From: Macrostomum lignano
Taxonomy: Eukaryota
NCBI GenBank assembly: GCA_002269645.1
Contig: NIVC01001427.1
Coordinates: 227,146 to 281,799 of the forward strand
Direction of reading: 5' to 3'
DNA length: 54,654 bases
The translations under genes and the position numbers were made by a program. Positions 18,958 through 54,654 of this stretch are shown here, piece after piece (position 1 is the first letter of the stretch; the number at the start of each line of letters is the position of its first letter). Below the pieces are notes generated by a model that saw only the letters and a program-made list of their open reading frames with translations, searched no databases and was not told where the DNA came from.

Positions 18958-19664
18958 TGATTGATAGCTTTGGTAGCGCTTTCGTGACCAGAGGGCCAAG
19001 GACCCACATGGACCCCACCTGTAGACAAGGTGCAATAGTTGGTCACTCGGTCAGAGCATGACGGATCGCTAGAGACCGCTCTGACACGCCGCCGGCTTTG
19101 GAAGTCTTCTTGGAGTCGGGGTAGCAGATGGAGCCTCCTGATTGGCCAGCCACGTCAGCCAATCGCGAGCTCCGACTCACAGCGGGCACTGCATCGCTCG
19201 CGCCGTGTCGGCGCCGCCCGATTGAAGAGATGGAGAGATGGAGCAGAGAAGCTGGGAGGGTGGCGATGAACCGCTGGGCGCCAGTGGGGGTAAAGCAGGA
19301 GAGAGAGGCAGGGGAGGAGGCGAGGAGCACCTCCTGCAATTTAAGAAGAATCCCGAGGCGGCCCAGCCTCCTCATCCCCGCCCCATCCCTACAGGTTGAC
19401 CTTGGTTGCTAGGCTGCTTGGTTGACATAATTCGGAATTATCAATTTTGCTAACAGCGGGACTCGGCAAAGTCCTTTCGACCAGTTCGGTTAGAGTTCGA
19501 CAGCAATTGGGGCAACAAAGCAGTGAAGCAGCTCCAGTGACTGAGGCCGGGCCAGGAGAGCCATGGGGGCCAGCCGTCCACCTGAGGTGAGTCGCGAGGG
19601 GTCCGGTAGAGATTTAGAGATTTCTGAGTTGTTCTCATGTGTAACATTGGTGACAGTTACAGAA

Positions 19665-19951
19665 ATCTCTGTGACTGTAGGGATCTCTGTGACTGTAGGG
19701 ATCTCTGTGACTGTATGGATCTCTGTGACTGTAGGGATCTCTGTGACTGTAGGGATGTCTGGGACTGTATGGATCTCTGGGACTGTATGGATCTCTGGGA
19801 CTGTATGGATCTCTGTGAATGTCGGGATCTCTGTGACTGTAGGGATTTCTGTGACTGTATGGATCTCTGGGACTGTATGGATCTCTGTGAATGTCGGGAT
19901 CTCTGTGACTGTAGGGATCTCTGTGACTGTAGGGATCTCTGTGCTGGGATC
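19665..19951. repeat. 18-bp minisatellite (GGGATCTCTGTGACTGTA)n
   Basis: About 16 copies. Confidence 0.96.
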
Positions 19952-20295
19952 CTGCTGTCCTCAACTGTCGAGGGCGCCTAGCGACAGCTCGACAAGCTAG
20001 TTGTTGTTGCGGCGAGTGTCGGCCTGGTGGTCAACACGCAGAAAACCTTCGTGCTCTGCGACATCGAGGTTGCGATCGAGGGGCAGATAGACAGGCGACG
20101 GAGCTTTTGCGCTGTCAGCAGTTCATCTACCTTGGCGATCTGGTTCTTGACATCTGCGAGGATCTGCGGCGTTGCCGTGGGCCTGACTGGGCTGTCATTC
20201 GTTCTGTGAAGGCTGTCCTGCAGTCCGAGGCCCTACAAGCATCGCTGAGGTCGGCGCTGTTCCAAGCGGTGGTCAAGACCGTCCAGTGTCAGGCG
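19952..20295 (+). mobile_element. Decayed non-LTR retrotransposon (RTE-like LINE) reverse-transcriptase C-terminal/thumb fragment
   Basis: LLSSTVEGA*RQLDKLVVVAASVGLVVNTQKT then, after a frameshift, ELLRCQQFIYLG...EDLRRCRGPDWAVIRSVKAVLQSEAL...ALFQAVVKTV. This fits the LINE RT post-YADD region (GL.vN..KT; F.YLG). In-frame TAG at 19979. Confidence 0.7.
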
Positions 20296-20306
20296 TTCCA
20301 GGCAGT

Positions 20307-20612
20307 GCTGGGATCTGTGAGACTGCTGAGATCTGTGAGACTGCTGGGATCTGTGAGACTGCTGGGATCTGTGAGACTGCTGGGATCTGTGAGACTGCTG
20401 GGATCTGTGAGACTGCTGGGATCTGTGAGACTGCTGGGATCTCTGGGACTGCTAAGATCTCTGGGACTGCTGGGATCTGTGAGACTGCCGGGATCTCTCG
20501 GACAGCTGGGATCTGTGAGACTGCTGGGATCTCTGGGTCTGCTGGGATCTCTGGGACTGCTGGGATCTCTGGGACTGCTGGGATCTCTGGGACTGGGATC
20601 TGTGAGACTGCC
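20307..20612. repeat. 18-bp minisatellite (CTGGGATCTGTGAGACTG)n
   Basis: About 17 copies; shares GGGATCT with the 19665 array. Confidence 0.96.
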
Positions 20613-20966
20613 GGGGTGCCTGTATCTTGAAGCACTTTTGTTCTCTAATATGCTCGTGGCATTCCTATTTTAGAGTTTACGATATCCTTTGACGTCGCTC
20701 CCTTTTCCCTACGATACCTTTAAACCGCCTCATCAAAGTGATTGATTCGTATTTTCGCTTTACAAGCCGGATAAGCCTCTGATAAGCAGCCAGTCATCCA
20801 GCATGCATTAATTTCCTGAGCTCATGCCCAGAGCCCACTTCTTTGCTGCTTTTGTATCCGAAGCGGGGCTTCGGCCGAGCTCATTACTAATTAATTAATG
20901 AAGCTCTGACACTGAAGAAATGTACTTGCAGCCGTTGCATCCTGTAGTACTCTGCTTAATTCATCT

Positions 20967-21352
<386 letters not shown>

Positions 21353-21999
21353 CGCTAGCAGACGGACAGGCAGTCCAGCTAACATGGAACTCATGTAATC
21401 TAGGAAAATATCATAAAACACACTCTGGGCAGGAAGTGGGCGGAGAGCGAGGGCCACCGACAGAAGATAAATTTATCGAAAGGCGAGATCCCGGGAGGTG
21501 CCGCCGCAAACACTGGCCTCATTATCTGAGCGCGGGCCAGAGTGTTGCCGGCCCGCGGGGGGGAGACGGCAATCAGTCCGACCCCTTTATGGATCCCCTG
21601 CCCAGACAGAGGCTCCCTTTCGCCTTCTTCTCTTTCTATTTTGTGCCGGGGCGGACTCCGGCCGGGACTCTTGCCCTGGGCTGCCGGAGCTCCTCTCTGC
21701 CGAGCCCCCGGGGAGGCTGCATGGCCGAAAGTTGCAGAGTGGCGTGCCTTGGCCCGGCTGCTGAACTGGCCAAGTGCTGCAAAGTCTGCGGTCGTGTTGT
21801 TCCTTCTCGCTTGTTCTCCGGCTCTCTCGCGTTCTCCTAGCGGGCTTTCCTTTTCTAAATTAGTAAAGTAATTCATGCCTATAACAACTTCTTCGTTTCG
21901 TTTCGCATATCCGCGTCACGTGACTTTCGCCTTCAGAGCCGTGCAGAATGGAATCGATGCGCCTACTAGATTCAAGTTCGCTTCCTGGACTATCTTCCA

Positions 22000-22330
22000 G
22001 TCACGTGATAATAGAATGTACATTTTACGACCCGGTCCAGTCACCTGATAATAGAGTATAACCATACGACCAGTTCTAATCACGTGATGATGGAATGTAC
22101 ATTTAGGACCCGATCTAGTCACGTGATAATAGAATGTACATCCTAGGATCAATTCTACTCACGTGATAAAAACAATGTACAATTTAGGACCCGGTCCAGT
22201 CATGTGATAATAGAATGTAAACCTTACGACCAGTTCTAATCACGTGATGATAGAATGTACATTTTAGGACCCGGTCTAGTCACGTGATAATGGAATGTAC
22301 ATCTTGCGACTCAATCTAGTCACGTGACGC
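22000..22330. repeat. Diverged ~40-bp tandem array, 8 units, centred on TCACGTGA (E-box; single-base variants in two units) and mostly carrying ATGTACA
   Basis: Consensus GTCACGTGATAATAGAATGTACATTTTAGGACCCGGTCTA; perfect GTCACGTGAC at 21915 and 22319. Confidence 0.9.
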
Positions 22331-23082
22331 ATTGCCTACGCTACCGCATATCTCTAATGACTTCGGCCCAGTCAAGCAGATCAGACTGCATCTCTCGGAG
22401 GCGCGCAGTCAGCACAACTGACTCCCTCAGAACTCGAGTTCCGTTTCCGCCTCTTTCTGTTCCCCGTCCGTCCGGCCGGCCTGGACAAAGGCGGTCCCGG
22501 TCGGGACTCAATGAGGCGGCAACGGGGAGGCTGAGGGGATAAACTGAGATAGACGGGAGGCCGATCCGACCGCTACGCATCTGGCTGTTTTACGAGCTAC
22601 ACGCCCGCTGCGGCAGCTCAGGCCCAGCCGGCTTCCCCGTCTCTGCCCGCCCAGCTGCTGCTTTCTCTCCTTCCTCTTCTAGGAGATGTTTTCAAACTTA
22701 GCGCTCGGCAGTTGCTGGAGAAGAGGGGGTGGGCGCCGCCGATCTCAGTCAATAAGTTCAGTGCGCCAAAATGATTGCTACTCATTTTCCCAGCTTCGCC
22801 GATCCGCACTCCCAACCTCCGAGTTCCGATCCGCGACCCGGCTGGGGATGGAGGAAATCATGGGGTAATGGGAGCGGAGTCAGGGGAAATCCAAACTGCA
22901 GCAGTGCTTAACGGATTCCAGCTGCTCCGCTGTGTAACGCGGTTTCTGTGGCGAGTTCCCCGCCGCGGTCTGAGCTGCAATACTTAAGAGATTTTATTCC
23001 TCATGTGCGTTGAGAATTTTGCCTTGACCCGGGAATTGAGGGGGGGGCTACTCTGTAGGAGAAATTTACCGACTAAAATTGG

Positions 23083-25288
23083 GAGTGAGCAGTGAGCAGT
23101 GAGTGAGCAGTGAGCAGTGAGCAGTGAGCAGTGAGCAGTGAGCAGTGAGCAGTGAGTGAGCAGTGAGCAGTGAGCAGTGAGCAGTGAGCAGTGAGCAGTG
23201 AGCAGTGAGTGAGCAGTGAGCAGTGAGCAGTGAGCAGTGAGCAGTGAGCAGTGAGCAGTGAGTGAGCAGTGAGCAGTGAGCAGTTAGTGAGCAGTGAGCA
23301 GTGAGCAGTGAGTGAGCAGTGAGCAGTGAGTGAGCAGTGAGCAGTGAGCAGTGAGCAGTGAGCAGTGAGCAGTGAGCAGTGAGCAGTGAGTGAGCAGTGA
23401 GCAGTGAGCAGTGAGCAGTGAGCAGTGAGTGAGCAGTGAGTGAGCAGTGAGTGAGCAGTGAGTGAGCAGTGAGTGAGCAATGAGTGAGCAGTGAGCAGTG
23501 AGCAGTGAGTGAGCAGTGAGCAGTGAGCAGTGAGCAGTGAGTGAGCAGTGAGCAGTGAGCAGTGAGCAGTGAGCAATGAGTGAGCAGTGAGCAGTGAGCA
23601 GTGAGTGAGCAGTGAGTGAGCAGTGAGTGAGCAGTGAGTGAGCAGTGAGTGAGCAGTGAGTGAGCAGTGAGCAGTGAGCAGTGAGTGAGCAGTGAGCAGT
23701 GAGCAGTGAGTGAGCAGTGAGCAGTGAGTGAGCAGTGAGCAGTGAGTGAGCAGTGAGCAGTGAGCAGTGAGTGAGCAGTGAGCAGTGAGTGAGCAGTGAG
23801 CAGTAAGTGAGCAGTGAGCAGTGAGCAGTGAGCAGTGAGCAATGAGTGAGCAGTGAGCAGTGAGCAGTGAGCAGTGAGCAGTGAGTGAGCAGTGAGTGAG
23901 CAGTGAGTGAGCAGTGAGTGAGCAGTGAGTGAGCAGTGAGTGAGCAGTGAGTGAGCAGTGAGTGAGCAGTGAGTGAGCAGTGAGTGAGCAGTGAGTGAGC
24001 AGTGAGTGAGCAGTGAGTGAGCAGTGAGTGAGCAGTGAGTGAGCAATGAGTGAGCAGTGAGCAGTGAGCAGTGAGTGAGCAGTGAGCAGTGAGCAGTGAG
24101 CAGTGAGCAGTGAGTGAGCAGTGAGTGAGCAGTGAGTGAGCAGTGAGTGAGCAGTGAGTGAGCAATGAGTGAGCAGTGAGCAGTGAGCAGTGAGTGAGCA
24201 GTGAGCAGTGAGCAGTTAGTGAGCAGTGAGCAGTGAGCAGTGAGTGAGCAGTGAGCAGTGAGTGAGCAGTGAGCAGTGAGCAGTGAGTGAGCAGTGAGTG
24301 AGCAGTGAGTGAGCAGTGAGTGAGCAGTGAGTGAGCAGTGAGTGAGCAGTGAGTGAGCAGTGAGTGAGCAATGAGTGAGCAGTGAGCAGTGAGCAGTGAG
24401 TGAGCAGTGAGCAGTGAGCAGTGAGCAGTGAGCAGTGAGTGAGCAGTGAGTGAGCAGTGAGTGAGCAGTGAGTGAGCAGTGAGTGAGCAATGAGTGAGCA
24501 GTGAGCAGTGAGCAGTGAGTGAGCAGTGAGCAGTGAGCAGTTAGTGAGCAGTGAGCAGTGAGCAGTGAGTGAGCAGTGAGCAGTGAGTGAGCAGTGAGCA
24601 GTGAGCAGTGAGCAGTGAGCAGTGAGCAGTGAGCAGTGAGTGAGCAGTGAGTGAGCAGTGAGTGAGCAGTGAGTGAGCAGTGAGTGAGCAATAAGTGAGC
24701 AGTGAGCAGTGAGCAGTGAGCAGTGAGCAGTGAGCAGTGAGCAGTGAGCAGTGAGCAGTGAGCAGTGAGTGAGCAGTGAGTGAGCAGTGAGTGAGCAGTG
24801 AGTGAGCAGTGAGTGAGCAATAAGTGAGCAGTGAGCAGTGAGTGAGCAGTGAGTGAGCAGTGAGTGAGCAGTGAGTGAGCAGTGAGTGAGCAGTGAGTGA
24901 GCAGTGAGTGAGCAGTGAGTGAGCAGTGAGTGAGCAGTGAGTGAGCAGTGAGTGAGCAGTGAGTGAGCAGTGAGTGAGCAATGAGTGAGCAGTGAGCAGT
25001 GAGTGAGCAGTGAGTGAGCAGTGAGTGAGCAGTGAGTGAGCAGTGAGCAGTGAGCAGTGAGTGAGCAGTGAGCAGTGAGCAGTGAGCAGTGAGCAGTGAG
25101 TGAGCAGTGAGCAGTGAGCAGTGAGTGAGCAGTGAGCAGTGAGCAGTGAGTGAGCAGTGAGCAGTGAGTGAGCAGTGAGCAGTGAGTGAGCAGTGAGCAG
25201 TGAGTGAGCAGTGAGCAGTGAGCAGTGAGTGAGCAGTGAGCAGTGAGTGAGCAGTGAGCAGTGAGTGAGCAGTGAGCAGTGAGCAGTG
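23083..25288. repeat. Composite microsatellite of GTGAGCA (7 bp) and GTGA (4 bp) modules, 2.2 kb
   Basis: Direct inspection. Confidence 0.99.
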
Positions 25289-26421
25289 CGCAATGAGCCG
25301 TTATAGCCAGTTTGCAACGCAGAAAAGTAGTCAAGTCTGCTCTCAAGGTCCCGCAGTGAATTTTAGATTTGCGCTCATCAGCGAAAGCGGTGTTGCCGGG
25401 CACAACCGGAGAAGCGGGTGGCAGCTGTCCCTGGCGCGACATCCGCATCAATCTTGGCCAGACAGCCAGCCCTCCCGCCGTCAGGTCTGTCTCCTTGGCC
25501 TCAGTTTTCTATTAGCAATTGTCAATCTCCCCAGAGCGGGGGCTCCACCTTTGCATTAATGGGATGGGAAGACGCCCTGCCTTTCAGGCTAAATGCGGGC
25601 GATAATGCGCTGGGTTGTGAGTGAAGCCAGAGGTCCCGGGATCGATTCCTCCCCGATGGTCGATCGCAGCGGCAACAATTTGCGCCCGTCTGTTGCCTCG
25701 GCTCCATCCCCCCCCCCAGCTGAGCCAAATCAGCCTCATTGTTTGCCAGCCTCTCCGCGAACTCCAAGTTCTTGGAGCTTTGGCCTGGGGTCAATGCGTA
25801 CATCCTCTTCCTCTGCCCTGCCCTCCTCTCTGCTCCACTCTCCGCTGTCCATCAAGTCAGGGGATAGAAGAAGTAGGTAGAGAAGTAGATATGGAGAGAG
25901 ATGCACAAATAGGGAAGTAGACAGAGAAGTAGAAATGGAGGGAGATGCGCTGATGGAGAAGTAGGCAGAGAAGTAGATAGGAAGTGGGCCACATGAATAT
26001 GAGGCTGCGAGTCTCCCAGACTGACATCCCCCCTCCCGATCCCAAAAATGCCGCCTCCGCTGCCTCGCGGGCTCTGCTGCATGCATTTAATGAACAATTT
26101 GGATGCAGAGGCAGCTCAGCCTCCCTTCTTCTCCCTTGATCCCCTCGCAACACGTGGCTTCACCCCCCCCCGATTCTGTACTCGACATCAGCCCCAGGCT
26201 GCAGCATCCCTATTCTCCGTTTCCATCGCTCACTCCGGTGTATTAATTATTCTGTCCTGCCTGGGACCGGCGCTGCTCGTCTTGATGCTCGCAGCTCCCC
26301 AGCACCAGCCTCTGATTAATGCCCGCCAGCAGTCTACCGGCTATGAAACATTAATTGCGAATTTCGACTTGCTGGGGTGGCGGGTTTCCGCTCACCTCCG
26401 CGTCTGATGTCTATCGAAGAA

Positions 26422-26916
<495 letters not shown>

Positions 26917-28600
26917 GCTACCTAGAACAGCCAATAGGCTGCTCATCCGGCAGCAGATGGGGAGATGGAGCTGGGAATTTACGGCCCCAGCGGGAAGCAG
27001 CAGCAACAGCAGCTTTCATTGCAGGCAGCCGCGCCCCTCAGCCTCCGGATCGGGATTCTTCCCAGCCGAATTCACCCCGCAGCTGCAGTCCGATCGGCTC
27101 CGTCATTTCAAATGCCATTAACGCGCCAAGCCTGGCGGCCCCGCCAACAGGCCGCCTTTTGTCCCCGCGCTCTCACCGCCTCATTCCAATTGATTTGCCC
27201 AGCAACCCCAGGGTTCCCCATGGAGACGGCGTATTGTCTGGCAGACAATGCCGATCTGGAGATTTATTATCGCATCCCAAATCCCCGACATCCCTTTGTT
27301 CCCGGTTTAATCAGCGATCAGCCTCTCTCTGCCTTGCGTCTGCTTTCTTCATCTCCGGGGAGTGCAAAACTCCGGGAGGTGTCGGTCTCTGGGAAGGGAG
27401 TTTTACAGTCCTCAGACCAGTGGCTCGAAGTTAAGCAGAGTCGGACGGGGTTAGTACTATAAGCGAGGACCATAGGAAGTCAGTTAACCACTCAGCCCGC
27501 CAGCCCCGAATTGCCCAATCAGCGGTACTGCAAGAAGCGGAGACTCACGAAATCTGCCAGCTCAATCTGCGGATTCGATAAGTGGCTCGGCAACCCCTCA
27601 GCCCAGCATCCCAGCTGCCTCATCCATCACCCGGGCCGGCTGAATGGATTAATTAGCACAGCAATCGGTTGCTGGGGGGGCAATTCGAATCGCATATTTA
27701 CCTACGGACTGCCCGTGTGTGCTCAGATCTTGCGTGCGCCCGGCGGGGCCTCACCAGCGGTTCCGTTATTCATTTTCATTTCTGTCATTGGCCAGGGGCC
27801 CAGCCTCCGTCATCGCCTCCTGCAGCTGCCGGGGAGGCCGCCCTGTTTGCCGAATGAACGAACCTCTGAGATTGCGAGCAGAAGGAGACCAGGAGAGATG
27901 AGGGGAGGGGGTCACACATTGAGCTGCCTGGCTCTCCTTAAAAGTACATATCGTCTAGGTTTGATCCTCCCTTTGAAGTAGCCGGTTGGCTCAGAAACGG
28001 GCAGTTGACGAGAACAGCACTAAGTTTTATTTCCCCACTGCCAAGGTCCAACTTCGAATTGCCTCCAATAAATAAAATGAGTAGAAAATTCAAAAGAATT
28101 TGCGCACTGCTGGGGCGGGGGGCTCAGGCAGGAAAAAATGTGCTCCATTTTTGAGCCGAGAGGCCCCGCCAGATTTGGCACTCTATAATGCATAAAGTGA
28201 GGAGAAGAGAGGGGGACTCGCAGGTCTCATACAGGCTTAGTGGCATTAGGCGGTGTCCTAATTGAAAGTTAATTGACTCTGCAGAGAGGGGGAACAGTGC
28301 AGGGATTGGCGGCGATCCAGGCGACAGAGACTGTAATCAATATGCCCGGGGAGAAAAAGTGAAAAGATTTTTGAGCAGCTTAAGTGGGAATAAATTGCAT
28401 TCTGCACTCGGGATGACTGACTGCGGCTTTATCAGGCGGATGAATGAAAATTGTCATTTCGCAATAAAATTCCGTGCATGCAGACATTCTATTTTTAGTA
28501 AAAGATAGTTCCCTCTGGTGTGAAGTCAAGTCATACTCAGTGACTTCACTAGCGAATCTGCACCTCATGAGCCACCCTGTTTATCTCGCTTCAGCTAAAG

Positions 28601-29306
28601 TAGACACCCACCTCACTCCCTCCCTGTTCAATGAGTTCAATTAGACACCCACCTCACTCCCTCCCTGTTCAATGAGTTCAATTAGACACCCACCTCACTC
28701 CCTCCCTGTTCAATGAGTTCAACTAGACACCCACCTCACTCCCTCCCTGTTCAATGAGTTCAACTAGACACCCACCTCACTCCCTCCCTGTTCAATGAGT
28801 TCAATTAGACACCCACCTCACTCCCTCCCTGTTCAATGAGTTCAATTAGACACCCACCTCACTCCCTGTTCAATGAGTTCAATTAGACACCCACCTCACT
28901 CCCTCCCTGTTCAATGAGTTCAACTAGACACCCACCTCACTCCCTCCCTGTTCAATGAGTTCAATTAGACACCCACCTCACTCCCTCCCTGTTCAATGAG
29001 TTCAATTAGACACCCACCTCACTCCCTCCCTGTTCAATGAGTTCAATTAGACACCCACCTCACTCCCTCCCTGTTCAATGAGTTCAATTAGACACCCACC
29101 TCACTCCCTCCCTGTTCAATGAGTTCAACTAGACACCCACCTCACTCCCTCCCTGTTCAATGAGTTCAATTAGACACCCACCTCACTCCCTCCCTGTTCA
29201 ATGAGTTCAATTAGACACCCACCTCACTCCCTCCCTGCTCAATGAGTTCAATTAGACACCCAACTCACTCCCTCTCTTTTCAATGAGTTCAACTAGACAC
29301 CCACCT
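28601..29306. repeat. 41-bp minisatellite (CAATTAGACACCCACCTCACTCCCTCCCTGTTCAATGAGTT)n, ~17 copies
   Basis: Near-identical direct copies, no spacers. Confidence 0.98.
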
Positions 29307-29536
29307 GCCCAATCAGATTCAACAAGACGCCTACCGTAAACATACGACTCATCTTGATAAGTTAAACTTTTAAAAATTTCAGCAGCGGCACCGCTGACAA
29401 ATGTCGGATGCCGCAGGCGGCCAAGACCGGCGGCCCAGTGGCGGCCTGACTGATTGAGGCGGCCGCCTAAAATCGTTGATTACCTGAATTCCCCTCCCCC
29501 TCCTACACAAAAATATCCCCCACAACGCCGGCCTTG

Positions 29537-54566
<25,030 letters not shown>

Positions 54567-54654
54567 GTTCGTCACAGTTTGCGGTTGAGTTTAGATCGGC
54601 ACAGATTCAGGAAAACAAGTAGCAAATTAATAAGCAAGCTGATATTCTCCTGTT

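Noticed and set aside
22000-22330. Variable ~40-bp array as a CRISPR-like repeat-spacer locus
   Set aside because: The variable parts are homologous to each other (diverged monomers, 4-mer period), not unique spacers.
23066-25451. LLTAHCS-repeat ORFs of up to 584 aa
   Set aside because: Microsatellite translation artefact.
25585-25655. Second tRNA-like/SINE head (GGGATCGATTCC B-box-like)
   Set aside because: No convincing A box or cloverleaf; too degenerate to call.

Overview
Eukaryotic (animal) genomic DNA: GC-rich coding exons separated by introns and spacers packed with unrelated micro/minisatellites (about 20 kb, roughly 38% of the window by my rough sum). The style suggests a Macrostomum-like flatworm assembly, but that is inference only. 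Three genes are recognisable. (1) An intronless SPCS1 (signal peptidase subunit SPC12) copy on the minus strand, 201-519, with four 1-nt frameshifts. (2) A complete 3-exon calcyphosin-like gene on the plus strand (3679-3796, 10035-10441, 11073-11174; 208 aa). (3) The 5' half of a Cav2-type voltage-gated calcium channel alpha-1 gene on the plus strand, from 29537 off the end of the window (N-terminus to IIIS2). The most striking feature is in the Cav2 gene: three pairs of duplicated, apparently mutually exclusive exons, covering IS3-S4, IIS3-S4 and the domain II pore loop/S6. The pore pair looks locked into 'exactly one' inclusion by major/minor (U2/U12) spliceosome incompatibility. The gene also has an AT-AC intron and a GC-AG donor. 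Other oddities: a CpG-poor, TpA/CTAG-rich block with a RIP-like signature (about 660-2600), a tRNA-like Pol III head fused to a 1.4-kb purine tract, an E-box (CACGTG) array with 4-mer higher-order structure, a decayed LINE RT fragment, and a possible antisense gene nested in Cav2 intron 1. Most long ORFs in the supplied track are artefacts of tandem repeats. All exon boundaries were derived by hand from GT/GC/AT...AG/AC sites, phase matching and remembered family sequences; no database searches were run.
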